55,203 nt of DNA from the NCBI GenBank assembly GCA_002440065.1, contig DJRK01000007.1:10036-65238 (forward strand). The letters are read 5' to 3'. Shown here piece by piece: positions 36,820-46,045 of the stretch. Each line of letters starts with the position of its first letter. The stretch's first letter is position 1. This stretch comes from Atopobium sp. UBA6362. Lineage in GTDB: Bacteria > Actinomycetota > Coriobacteriia > Coriobacteriales > Atopobiaceae. The notes below the pieces were generated by a model. That model searched no databases and had not been told where the DNA came from. It worked only from the letters and a program-made list of their open reading frames with translations. The position numbers and the translations under genes were made by a program.

Positions 36820-37539
36820 TTAAATGTCGAAAGCGTATCGGCTTCCCACATAGTACTGGCGAGCGATGGCAATCGGTTGGCCATCTTTATCCAAAAAATG
36901 CGCGTTCATGTAGAGCAACGGGGCCTTAGCGGGAACCTGCAGAAGACTCGCCCGTTCAGCCGAAGCGGCGACAGCTTCAAGGGTCAAGCGGTTGTTCGAC
37001 ACCGGCCGCCTCCCACTCGAGGCCTCGATGGCATCGAAGATCGAGACGTTCTCAAGGTCGCTCGTCATCATGCTCTTGAACTCGTCGTAGGGCAGAAAAG
37101 TGTTCTCCTCGTAGATGGGAACGCCATCCGCAGTACGGATGCGCTGCACATACAGGAGCAGCGCATCCTTGCCCAGGTCAAAGAAGCGGCGTTCATCCTC
37201 GCGAATTGGAACGATTTGTCTGCCGATGACCCTGCCCGCCGGCTTTAGCCCCTGAGCGAGGCACATGTCGGTGAACGAGATGAGCCCGTGACCTGTGCGG
37301 CGGAGTTGACGCGAGAAATGCGTCTTGCTCACGAATGTCCCGACCCCTTGCTTCTTTACAAGGAAACCGTTGTTGCACAGGTCCTCGATTGCGCGGCGAA
37401 TGGTGATTCTGCTCGCGCTGAATTCGGCGCAGAGCTCCTGCTCGGAGGGAATCCTTTGCCCCGCCGCATACTCGCCCGCCTCGATGGAGGCCTTGATGCC
37501 CTCGTAGATCTGCTGATACAGCGGCGATGATTTCGCCAT
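36820..37539 (-). CDS. GntR/HutC-subfamily regulator (wHTH + UTRA)
   Basis: PLYQQI, IPSEQEL, SRITIRRAI and KQGVGTFV; UTRA-like C-terminal domain. Confidence 0.93.
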   Translation of the reverse strand: MAKSSPLYQQIYEGIKASIEAGEYAAGQRIPSEQELCAEFSASRITIRRAIEDLCNNGFLVKKQGVGTFVSKTHFSRQLRRTGHGLISFTDMCLAQGLKPAGRVIGRQIVPIREDERRFFDLGKDALLLYVQRIRTADGVPIYEENTFLPYDEFKSMMTSDLENVSIFDAIEASSGRRPVSNNRLTLEAVAASAERASLLQVPAKAPLLYMNAHFLDKDGQPIAIARQYYVGSRYAFDI

Positions 37540-37579
37540 CGGCGTGCTCCTTGCTTACTCAAGCTTTATTTGCAATACA

Positions 37580-37595
37580 TATATAACGTCTTATA
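37580..37595. promoter_or_regulatory. Putative GntR operator (autoregulatory)
   Basis: TATATAACGTCTTATA, same motif as at 41640-41663 and 41772-41806. Confidence 0.6.
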
Positions 37596-37713
37596 GAAAG
37601 ATACACCCCGGCCCTTACCATACAGGCATGAAAAGGGTGGCCGCACAGCATCTGCGCCGTACGGCCACCCAAAAATACAGAACCTTATACCTTGGTTAGC
37701 GCTGGGAAATCCT

Positions 37714-38829
37714 TTACTTTTGCTCGACGTAGTTATCCCGCACACCGTCGAGCTTCTTGCTGCCGATGCGCGCATGGAACAGCGGGTCCTTGGGGATGGA
37801 GGGGTCCACGCCGTGGTCGGCAGCCGCAAAGCAGGACACAACCTGCATCGGGATGATGTACTCCCAGCAAGAGAACAGCGGATCTTCGCAGAACTGCACG
37901 ACACAGTCGAAGTCGGTGGGATTGTCCACCCCCTCAGGCGAGGAGATGAGGTAGTTGTGGCTCGTCCACTCGCTCAAGATCTCGATAAGCTTAAGGGTCC
38001 TCGGCTTATAGTCTCCCTCGGAAGCGAGGTAGAAGAGGTAGCTGTCCTCGCTGATCGAGTTGTAGATACCGTGGAAGAACTCCTCGATATCGTAGCCCGT
38101 CACGCCTACTCGAACGGTCTCGAGCGTCTTCAGGGCTCCTTCGAGAACGTCGCCGTACATACCGTCGTAGCCCACGACGATAATGCGCTTGGCGTCGAAG
38201 AAATCCTTGGAGATGCGGCGGAACCAGGCCACGGAGGCGTCAGTCACGGCGGGGAGGTTTGCGGCGACTTTCTTCATACGGGTGACGTATCCGTCGACGA
38301 CCTTCTGCTCGACCATGCCCTTGGCCTGAGCGAGCTCGGTGAGCATGACCATGAGCGTGGCGATGGAGCCGGCATAGCCCTTGGTCTTGGCGCCGCAGAG
38401 CTCGTTGCCGAGAACCTCAAGGAGGGTCTTGGTCTGGGCATGCTCGAAAACAAGCGCCGTCGGGTTCTCGCTCACCGCAGCGGTGAGCAGGCCGCGCTCG
38501 GCCGCAGCGTCGAGGCCCTCCACCGTCGAGAGGCTCTGTCCGCCTTGGGAGATGCCGATGACCAGGGACTTCTTATCAAAGACCTTCTCGTCGCGAGCAA
38601 AGCGGGTGGGATACATCGGGATGATCTTCCAGCCCGTGAGCTCCTCGAGGTAGAGCTTGGCGGATACGCCGGCATGATAGCTCGTGCCCGACCCAATGAT
38701 GTAGACGGTCTCGATATCGGAATCCTTGAACCGCTCGACAAACTCGGCGCAGATACGGACTCGCTCGTCGATGATGTGGTTCAGGACCGCAGGGGTCTCG
38801 CGAATATAGTCGAACATGATGCTTGCCAT
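37714..38829 (-). CDS. Double SIS-domain sugar-phosphate isomerase/deglycase (GlmS-C/AgaS/Gfr-like)
   Basis: IGSGTSYHAG, GISQGGQS, AKTKGY, EGALKTLET and EEFFHG. Confidence 0.85.
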   Translation of the reverse strand: MASIMFDYIRETPAVLNHIIDERVRICAEFVERFKDSDIETVYIIGSGTSYHAGVSAKLYLEELTGWKIIPMYPTRFARDEKVFDKKSLVIGISQGGQSLSTVEGLDAAAERGLLTAAVSENPTALVFEHAQTKTLLEVLGNELCGAKTKGYAGSIATLMVMLTELAQAKGMVEQKVVDGYVTRMKKVAANLPAVTDASVAWFRRISKDFFDAKRIIVVGYDGMYGDVLEGALKTLETVRVGVTGYDIEEFFHGIYNSISEDSYLFYLASEGDYKPRTLKLIEILSEWTSHNYLISSPEGVDNPTDFDCVVQFCEDPLFSCWEYIIPMQVVSCFAAADHGVDPSIPKDPLFHARIGSKKLDGVRDNYVEQK

Positions 38830-39672
38830 TAGAGCACTCCAATGAACGCGCCGAGGATACCGGCGATGATGAGGCCGAACATGACCGTGGTGGTCTTAAC
38901 GCCCTTCTTGAGCAGCCCGAAGCAACCGAAGGTCAAACCGAGCGGCAGGATGGAGGGCAGAATTTGGTCGAAGATGCTCTGGAGCTCGACGCTCGTCTCG
39001 CCGATGGCGATGACAAGCGGCGTGCTGAACGTGACCATGGATGCGATCATGGCGCCGACGACGCAGAGGCCGAGAATCTTCGCGCAGTTGGTCAACAGCT
39101 CGATCGTGCCCGATTCCTGCATGGACTCGATGAAGCCGATGCCGCTCTTGTAGCCGATCTTCAATCCGTAGTAACGGGCGAGAAGCGCCGGGACGTTGAA
39201 GATGAGCAGGAAGAGGATGGCGCCGAGAATGGAGCCCTGGGAAGCGAGGCCGCAGCCCACGCCGGCCGCGATGACACGGAATGTGCCCCAGAAGAACGAG
39301 TCGCCGATGCCGGCTATGGGGCCCATGAGTGCGGTCTTGAGGGAAGTGATGGACTCGACGTCGAAGGGGCGGCCCTTCGAGCTCAGCCTTGCGGTTCTCC
39401 TCCTCCATGGCCACGCAGGCACCCGTGATGAAGGTCACGACTTGGGGCGTCGTATTGAAGAACGAGAGGTGACGGGCAATGGCCTCAGCGCGCTCGTGGT
39501 CGTCAGGGTAGAGGCGATCGAGCACGGGAAGAAGCGAGTAGCAGAAGCCGACATTCTGCATACGCTCGTAGTTGAAGGACGCCTGCAGCGGGAACGAGCG
39601 CCAGAACACCTTGCGCATATCGCCCTTGGTTACGAGGCCGCCCTCCTTGATGGGCTCATCGAGATTCGCCAT
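38829..39672 (-). pseudogene. Mannose-family PTS IID, +1 frameshift at ~39373-39375
   Basis: N-half (QASFNYERMQ, FFNTTP, AMEEE) and C-half (KTALMGPIAGIGDSFFW) are in different frames; length 844 = 3n+1; removing one G restores ELEGRPFDVES. Confidence 0.88.
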
Positions 39673-40469
39673 TACAGCTCACCATCCAAGTCGTCGGGTT
39701 CAGCGGTCCGGGCGGAGACGGCTAAGCCGTCCATCTCCGCCTTGTGCTTAACGGAGGTCTGATACACCACGTAGGCGATAATGGCGCCCACGATGGCCAC
39801 GCCGGTGGTGCTCACGCCGAGCAGGGCGGTGAGCACGAAGCCCACGAAGAGGTAGGCGGCATTCGTCTTGTCGAAGAGCAGGTTCATGAGGATTGCGATT
39901 CCGAGCGCGGGGAGCATTCCGCTCGCGACCTCAAAACCGTGCAGGAGCTGGTCGGGCAGCCAGTCCACGAAGTCGCTGATGACCTGGGAGCCGAGCAGGA
40001 CGCCGAGGAAGACCACGAGGAACCAGGTGATCCAGAAGAGGCCGGCGCCGCCCCAGAGGGCACGAGTCACCTTACGGGAGTCGCCGTCTTCCGTGGCCTT
40101 GTCGGCGATCCGGCAGAACCCGAGGTTGAGTGTACGGTCGAGGATGCCGAGCAGCTGGCCCAGGGTCGCAATGGGCAGCGCGAGGGCAACGGCGGTGCCG
40201 GTGTCCAGACCGGACATGATAGCGAACGCCGTGGAGAGAATGCCTCCGCAGACGACGTCGGGCGGAACGGCGGCGCCGATGCCCACCGCCCCCATCATCA
40301 CAAGCTCAACAGAAGCGCCCATCGTGATGCCTGTGGGCAAGTCTCCGAGAATAAGGCCCACGAGGGGTCCGAGCACAATCGGCCTTTCGAACATGGTTTG
40401 GCCGGCCACGCGACCATCCCACATTCCAAAGCCCGCCAAAATGCCCAAGAGAAGGGCTTTCAGGACCAT
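39672..40469 (-). CDS. Mannose/fructose/sorbose-family PTS IIC
   Basis: RPIVLGPLVGLILGDL, IGAAVPPD and GMLPALGIA. Confidence 0.94.
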   Translation of the reverse strand: MVLKALLLGILAGFGMWDGRVAGQTMFERPIVLGPLVGLILGDLPTGITMGASVELVMMGAVGIGAAVPPDVVCGGILSTAFAIMSGLDTGTAVALALPIATLGQLLGILDRTLNLGFCRIADKATEDGDSRKVTRALWGGAGLFWITWFLVVFLGVLLGSQVISDFVDWLPDQLLHGFEVASGMLPALGIAILMNLLFDKTNAAYLFVGFVLTALLGVSTTGVAIVGAIIAYVVYQTSVKHKAEMDGLAVSARTAEPDDLDGEL

Positions 40470-40608
40470 GATTACCTCCTAATACGTGCGTACTTCTTTC
40501 CAAGTGCATTTCTCGCGAAAAAACGTAGCGAGAGGTCGGCGGCATGGCGCCGGCCGTGCGCCTTCCGCTGATCGCCAGTTATTTAGTTATGGGCAGAAGA
40601 GCCGGGGG

Positions 40609-41094
40609 CTATGCGCCAAAAGCCCGCTTGATGGCCGCGAGGTCCTGGGGGCTCTGGTCCGGCGTGGATTGAAGGGTCACTTTGCAGCCCAAGGCATCAA
40701 TCCGGTCGAGGGCGGCCACGTCCGCGGCATCCAGGAAGACCTGCGGAGCGACCTGCTTTCGCTCTCCCGAGCGGCGAATCCCGCCGAGGCAGACGTGCCT
40801 GACCTCGGGACACTCCTCGACGATGCGGGCCGCGTCCTCGGGGCTCGCGCAAACAACGAATATCTTGCGGGGAGCATGCTTGGGGTTGTTGATCACGAGG
40901 ATAGCGCCCGCAACGGACTTGACGGAGAGCACTGCCTGGGGAGGTTTGGCGAGCTTGAAAGCAGATTGCATAAGAGAATCCTTTGCAGCGCGGTCGTTCG
41001 CCACAACGATGGTGTCCGCGCCGAGATGAGAGGTCCAACTCACCGCCACCTGGCCGTGGATCAGCCTGTCGTCCACACGAAGAAGCTCAATCAT
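40609..41094 (-). CDS. Mannose-family PTS IIB
   Basis: LRVDDRLIHGQVA motif. Confidence 0.94.
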   Translation of the reverse strand: MIELLRVDDRLIHGQVAVSWTSHLGADTIVVANDRAAKDSLMQSAFKLAKPPQAVLSVKSVAGAILVINNPKHAPRKIFVVCASPEDAARIVEECPEVRHVCLGGIRRSGERKQVAPQVFLDAADVAALDRIDALGCKVTLQSTPDQSPQDLAAIKRAFGA

Positions 41095-41145
41095 TTGATT
41101 ACCTTTCTCCTTGATTCGGGCCCGTGTGCATCCCCGCCCCGATCT

Positions 41146-41598
41146 CTAAAGCTCGTCCGAGTCTGCATCCAGCGGGTCCTCGCCGCGGGGAACAAGGTCA
41201 TCGAGAAGGCCGATCCCTTCTTTCGACGTCGCTGCCGCCTCGCGAACCAGCGAGGCGTTGCCCACGGGATCGCCCTTGACGAGCGGGAGCAGCGAGACTT
41301 CCAGGAGCATCCCGAGATTCAATCCGGCGGCAAACACAACGTCAGGGCGGCTCTCTCGCACGAGTAGCGCGGCCTGCGTCGTACTGCCGCCGGGAATATC
41401 GGTGAGCACCACCGTCGGGTTCTCCCTATCAAGGGAGTCGATCGTTTCCTCGATCATGCCCGCAATCGCGTCAATCGTCTCTGTCGCGGTAACGCTCACC
41501 ACGGCGGTTTCGCATGGGTTTCCCATAATGAGCCTGAGGGAGCTTAGGATTCCCTCGGCAAAACCGGCATGCGTGACCAAAACAAGATTGTTTGCCAT
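41146..41598 (-). CDS. Mannose-family PTS IIA
   Basis: LVTHAGFAEG, LTDIPGGS and AGLNLGMLLE. Confidence 0.92.
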   Translation of the reverse strand: MANNLVLVTHAGFAEGILSSLRLIMGNPCETAVVSVTATETIDAIAGMIEETIDSLDRENPTVVLTDIPGGSTTQAALLVRESRPDVVFAAGLNLGMLLEVSLLPLVKGDPVGNASLVREAAATSKEGIGLLDDLVPRGEDPLDADSDEL

Positions 41599-41639
41599 TG
41601 TGTCCTCTCACCGCTTTGTCGAACGCTCTGAGTTGTTGA

Positions 41640-41806
41640 TATAGACGTTATATACGTCTTAGGTATAGTTCGCAATTGATTTTGTTTTCGTTTGCTTTAA
41701 CTCTCTGTGAACGGTGTGTTTTTTGCCGCAAGAGGTATTATTCGATTTCATCTTGCAACCAATTGTTTGTTGTTATAGACGTCTTATTGTTACAAGACGT
41801 CATATA
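41640..41806. promoter_or_regulatory. Divergent promoter region with repeated GntR-type operators
   Basis: TATAGACGTTATATACGTCTTA (41640-41661), GTTATAGACGTCTTAT (41772-41787) and ACAAGACGTCATATA (41792-41806); AT-rich. Confidence 0.65.
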
Positions 41807-41818
41807 AGGAGCTTCACC

Positions 41819-42868
41819 ATGAAGAAAAACGCGCTCAAAGCGCTCTCGCTCAAGGGCGGCAAGCCCTCGAGCTCGCCCGCGCCGGACCACGAGCTTCGCC
41901 ACGCCGAGGTGACGCCGCACGAGGCGGAACCTGCCTACGAGGGTGCCCCGCTCATCCAGGCCGAGAAGCTCCTCTCGCCCGAGGAGGCCGAGCGCAGCGA
42001 GCGCGCCGTCGACGAGCGCGACCACACGAGCACCCTCAAGGTCGCCGTCATGCTCAACTTCGCCGTGATCATGGCCGCGCTCTCCTACGTGCTCTTCACG
42101 GCGCCGAACCACCTCGCGCTCGGCGGGGCGTCGGGCCTCTCGATCGTGGTCTCGGCGCTCGTCCCCGGCCTCCCGAACACCGTGGCGCTCTGGGCGATCA
42201 ACCTCGTGGCGGTAACGGTGGGCCTCGTGCTTCTTGGCAAGAAGACCGTGGCGTGGAGCGTGGCCGCCTCTCTCATGCTCTCGGTCTACGTCTCGGTCTT
42301 CTCGCAGCTCATGCCCATCAAGCAGTCGATCACGGGCGACCTGTGGATCGACTTGGTCTGCGCCGTCGTCCTCACCGCCGTGAGCGCCGCGATGGCCTAC
42401 AGCGTGGGCGCCTCCACCGGCGGGACCGACATCATCATCGTGGCGATCTCCAAGTTCACGAGCCTCACCACGGGCAACGCGACGCTGCTCGTGAACTCGC
42501 TCTCGGTCATCGGCGGCCTGGCGCTCTTTGACACGCGCACGGGCATCTACTGCGTGGTCGGCCTGCTGATCATGACCGTGGTCGTAAACGACGTCCTGGA
42601 TTCCTTGAAGCAGCACAAGATCGTGACCGTCATCTGCAAGCAGCCCGCACGCGTGGAGGAGTTCATCGTGCGCGACCTGTGCCGCACGGCCACGGTGAGC
42701 GAGGCGTACGGCGCCTACTCGGGCAACAAGGTCACGAGCATCATGACGGTCCTGAACCCGCGCGAGACCCTGCGCCTCGAGCGCCACGTCCGCTCGCTCG
42801 ACCCCGAGGCGTTCATCACCTACGTGAACACCTCCCAGCTCACCGGCCGCGGCTTCCGCTGGGTCTAA
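41819..42868 (+). CDS. YitT-family membrane protein
   Basis: PNHLALGGASGLSI, GASTGGTDII and C-terminal LDPEAFITY...GRGF; RBS AAGGAG. Confidence 0.9.
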   Translation: MKKNALKALSLKGGKPSSSPAPDHELRHAEVTPHEAEPAYEGAPLIQAEKLLSPEEAERSERAVDERDHTSTLKVAVMLNFAVIMAALSYVLFTAPNHLALGGASGLSIVVSALVPGLPNTVALWAINLVAVTVGLVLLGKKTVAWSVAASLMLSVYVSVFSQLMPIKQSITGDLWIDLVCAVVLTAVSAAMAYSVGASTGGTDIIIVAISKFTSLTTGNATLLVNSLSVIGGLALFDTRTGIYCVVGLLIMTVVVNDVLDSLKQHKIVTVICKQPARVEEFIVRDLCRTATVSEAYGAYSGNKVTSIMTVLNPRETLRLERHVRSLDPEAFITYVNTSQLTGRGFRWV

Positions 42869-42872
42869 ACGC

Positions 42873-42913
42873 AATTTGGGGTCGGACCCCAAATTAACTT
42901 AGGGTCCGACCCC
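42873..42913. repeat. Inverted doublet of the 23-bp palindrome (second unit truncated)
   Basis: AATTTGGGGTCGGACCCCAAATT + AACTTAGGGTCCGACCCC; identical over 41 bp to 35079-35119. Confidence 0.9.
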
Positions 42914-42935
42914 GTGCTTGGTCCTAGGCCAGGCC

Positions 42936-43391
42936 CTAGGACTCGATACCGGCGTTGATCGCGTCGGCGATGACCTGGCGGTCGTCGGAGGTGCGCAGGA
43001 GCTCCTTGAACTCCTCGCGCATGAGCAGGACGGCGGTCTTGGACAGCAGTTTGATGTGCGTCGTGCCCGCCTCGGAATCGGGGACGAGCAGTGCCATGGC
43101 GATGTCGACAGGCTGACCATCGAAGGACGGCCACTCGAGGGCAACGTCGTTCTTGAAGACGATGACGGCGGCATGGTCGATGGCCGCGCTCTTGGCGTGC
43201 GGCACGGCAAAGCCCTCGGTCATGCCCGTCTCGCCCATATCCTCGCGCTCGAGGAACGCCTGGTAGACGGCCTCGGGATCGGCGGTGATGCCCAGCTCGC
43301 CGGCACGGTCGGCGAGGAAGCGGAGAACCTCCTCGCGGCTCTGCGCGCTCTGGCCGACAAAGACGTTCTCTTCCTTGACGAAGTCGCTCAT
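42936..43391 (-). CDS. Fructose-family PTS IIA
   Basis: FLEREDMGETG, FAVPHAKS, WPSFDGQPV and HIKLLS. Confidence 0.92.
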   Translation of the reverse strand: MSDFVKEENVFVGQSAQSREEVLRFLADRAGELGITADPEAVYQAFLEREDMGETGMTEGFAVPHAKSAAIDHAAVIVFKNDVALEWPSFDGQPVDIAMALLVPDSEAGTTHIKLLSKTAVLLMREEFKELLRTSDDRQVIADAINAGIES

Positions 43392-43457
43392 GGGACTCCC
43401 CTCTCTGTGAAAACTCACAATGTTTTATCTAACAGCCCGGGCTCCCCGGCCCGGCCG

Positions 43458-44684
43458 TTACTTCAGTTTGTTCGCGAGCAGCACGCTCACGACGCCGAGC
43501 GCGGTCATTATCCCCAGAACGGGGAGGAACGAACCGCAGGCCCCGTACAGCAATCCCGCGCCGAACGAACCGGCGAGCGACGCAAAGATGCTGTAGGTGT
43601 TCACCATGGCCATGTTCTGCGCCATGTTCGCCTGCCCCCACTCGGTGCGGGAGACGAACGGCATGGTGACCACGGCGGCTCCCCAGCTCATGCCGGTGAG
43701 CAGGCAGGCGGCGGCCTGGACGGCCAGGCTGCCGGAAAGAAGCGACGCGATCATGACGATCGGCGCCACGGTACCGCCGCAGCCGATTATCCGCATGGTG
43801 CGCCCGCGGCCGAGCCGGTCGAGCGCGATTCCGCAGGACAGGCGGCCGACGCCGCTGCCCACGTTGACGAAACCGATGACCACGGCGGCGGCCAGGTCGC
43901 TCGCGCCGAGCGAGAGCGGCAGCTCACGGCCAATGCCGGTGATGCCCATGCCGATGCTGCCGAGCATGAACAAAAATGCGTAGAGCAGCCAAAACGTGGG
44001 CGTCCGCAGCATCTGGCCCGAGGAAACGAAGCGGTCGTCGGCAGCCTCCGCGTCCGCCCCGCCCGCACCCGCGCCCGCCGCCAGCGCGGCGAGCTCGGCC
44101 GCCTCCGCATCGGAGGGCGCCTTGAGCACGGCGGCGCTCCCCGCCACGAGCGCGGCGAAGGCGACGGCGAACCCCACGAGCGTCCCACGCCACGGCAGGA
44201 CGGAGTAGAGCTGCGTGGCCACGGGCCCCAGGACGAACCCGCCGGCGCCGAAGCCCATGAGGCAGACTCCCTGGGCAAAGCCGCACTTGTCGGGGAACCA
44301 CGAGGTCACCGTGGGGATGGCCACGTTGTAGACCCAACCGATGCCGAAGCTGGCGACGACGCCGTAAGCGGCGTAGGCCACATAGAGCGCCGCGCTCCCC
44401 GAGGCGACGGCGGTACCCAGGAAGCCCGCCGCGAGCATGGCTGCCCCGGCAAGAAGCGCCGCCGCGTTCCTCTTTCCGCGGACCAGAGGTCCCACGGCGA
44501 GGCTGCCCAGCGTGAACGAGCAGATGGAAAGCGCAAAGACGAGCGTCATCTGCGCCACGGACCATCCGAACTCGACCTTGAGCGGCGCGAGCAGGACGGA
44601 GTAGGCGTAGATCAGGCCCAGAAACAGCAGCAGGGCCGTGGACACCGCCAGGAGTTTGTTTCTCTTCTTGTCGAGCATCATCAT
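43458..44684 (-). CDS. MFS transporter (OFA/oxalate:formate antiporter-like)
   Basis: GLIYAYSV, WFPDKCGFAQG and GFGAGG; 12 TM segments. Confidence 0.88.
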   Translation of the reverse strand: MMMLDKKRNKLLAVSTALLLFLGLIYAYSVLLAPLKVEFGWSVAQMTLVFALSICSFTLGSLAVGPLVRGKRNAAALLAGAAMLAAGFLGTAVASGSAALYVAYAAYGVVASFGIGWVYNVAIPTVTSWFPDKCGFAQGVCLMGFGAGGFVLGPVATQLYSVLPWRGTLVGFAVAFAALVAGSAAVLKAPSDAEAAELAALAAGAGAGGADAEAADDRFVSSGQMLRTPTFWLLYAFLFMLGSIGMGITGIGRELPLSLGASDLAAAVVIGFVNVGSGVGRLSCGIALDRLGRGRTMRIIGCGGTVAPIVMIASLLSGSLAVQAAACLLTGMSWGAAVVTMPFVSRTEWGQANMAQNMAMVNTYSIFASLAGSFGAGLLYGACGSFLPVLGIMTALGVVSVLLANKLK

Positions 44685-44741
44685 CCCCTAGACGCCGGAC
44701 TCGGCGCGGGCTTGGCGCGGACCCGTGAATCACGGACGAGC

Positions 44742-44786
44742 AAAAAACGACGGGGCGCGCGGCGTGGGAGGGCACCGCGCGCCCCG
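44742..44786 (-). terminator. Terminator-like hairpin after the cluster Fe-ADH
   Basis: CGGGGCGCGCGG/CCGCGCGCCCCG stem, then a T6 tract. Confidence 0.7.
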
Positions 44787-44809
44787 ATGTTGCCTAAAGG
44801 CGCAAAAGC

Positions 44810-46000
44810 CTAGCGGGCGGCCTTGAGGATGTTCTCGATGTCCTCGACGTAGAGGAACTTGAACGCGCCGGCGTGGTCGCCGCCGCGGGCGTCGACGGCG
44901 CCCTGAGCCATCTGGTGGATCTGCTCGTCGGTCGGCTCGATACCGAGCTCAGAGAGGCTGGTGGGCAGGTTGATGGAGTGGCACCACTCGTCCCAGGCCT
45001 CGATGCCGCGAAGGCCGGTCTCCTTGGGGTCGTGGAAGTTGTTCTGGACACCCCAGACGTTAACGGCGAACTGGGCGAAGCGCTCGGGGTCGACGTCGAT
45101 GACGTACTTGGCCCAGCTGGACCAGATGGCGGTCAGGCCGGCGCCGTGGGCGACGTCGAACATGGCGCCGATCTCGTGCTCGATGGCGTGGCACGCGAAG
45201 TCGCCGACGCGGCCGAGGCCGGTGAGGCCGTCGTGGGACTTGGCGCCGGCGAGAAGCAGGTTGGCACGGGCGGCGTAGCTCTTCGGGTTGGCGAGCGCCT
45301 CGGGGACGAAGGTCTTGACGGTGCGCATGAGGCCCTCGGCCAGCTCGTCGGAGAGCTCGACGTGCTGCTCGGTGGTGAAGTAGCGCTCCATGGTGTGCAT
45401 CATGATGTCGGCGCCCGGCGCGGCGGTCTGGAACGCGGGCAGCGAGTAGGTGAGCTCGGGGTTCAGGATGGCGAACAGCGGGCGGGCGCACTCGTGGTTG
45501 TAGGAGCGCTTGAGCATGGTCTCGCCCATGGTGTCGATGTTGATGACGGTGGAGTTCGAGGTCTCCGAGCCGGTGCCGGCCAGGGTGGAGACGGCGCCGA
45601 TCTTTGCGATCTTATCGGTGCTCACCTTGCCGAGGAAGAGGTCCTCGAGCTCGAAGTCGTTGGCAAGGCCGTAGGCGATGGCCTTGGAGGAGTCGATGGC
45701 CGAGCCGCCGCCGATGGCGAGGACGAAGTCGACGCCCTCCTTCTTGCACAGCTCGACGCCCTGCTTGACGAGCGAGAGGCGCGGGTTGGGGACGACGCCG
45801 TCCATCTCGACGTACTCGATGCCCTCGGCCGCAAGGCCGCGCTCGATGCGCTCGAGCAGGCCGGTGGTGCGCACGTAGTCGCCGCCCCAGTGAATCAGGG
45901 CCTTGTGGCCGCCGAACTCCTTGATCAGACGGCCGGCCTCCTCCTCGGTGCCCTTGCCGAAGACCATCTTGGTGGGAACGAGATACTCAAAGTTGACCAT
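44810..46000 (-). CDS. Iron-containing alcohol dehydrogenase (BdhA/YqhD-like)
   Basis: GVVPNPR, AIGGGSAIDSSK, DIMMHTMERY, HAIEHE and HGAGL. Confidence 0.93.
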   Translation of the reverse strand: MVNFEYLVPTKMVFGKGTEEEAGRLIKEFGGHKALIHWGGDYVRTTGLLERIERGLAAEGIEYVEMDGVVPNPRLSLVKQGVELCKKEGVDFVLAIGGGSAIDSSKAIAYGLANDFELEDLFLGKVSTDKIAKIGAVSTLAGTGSETSNSTVINIDTMGETMLKRSYNHECARPLFAILNPELTYSLPAFQTAAPGADIMMHTMERYFTTEQHVELSDELAEGLMRTVKTFVPEALANPKSYAARANLLLAGAKSHDGLTGLGRVGDFACHAIEHEIGAMFDVAHGAGLTAIWSSWAKYVIDVDPERFAQFAVNVWGVQNNFHDPKETGLRGIEAWDEWCHSINLPTSLSELGIEPTDEQIHQMAQGAVDARGGDHAGAFKFLYVEDIENILKAAR

Positions 46001-46045
46001 TGCTGGCGTTTCCTTTCGTAACGGGTTGACTGGGAAAGAAGTGCC

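Noticed and set aside
39361..39400. Programmed ribosomal frameshift or phase-variable tract in PTS IID
   Set aside because: No slippery heptamer, and homopolymer runs are only 3-4 nt
40470..40608. Small ORF in the IIB-IIC gap
   Set aside because: No convincing RBS/start or recognisable product
3415..42913. Palindromic repeats as a CRISPR array or integron attC sites
   Set aside because: Copies are kilobases apart with no regular spacers, there are no cas or integrase genes, and attC RYYYAAC/GTTRRRY ends are missing
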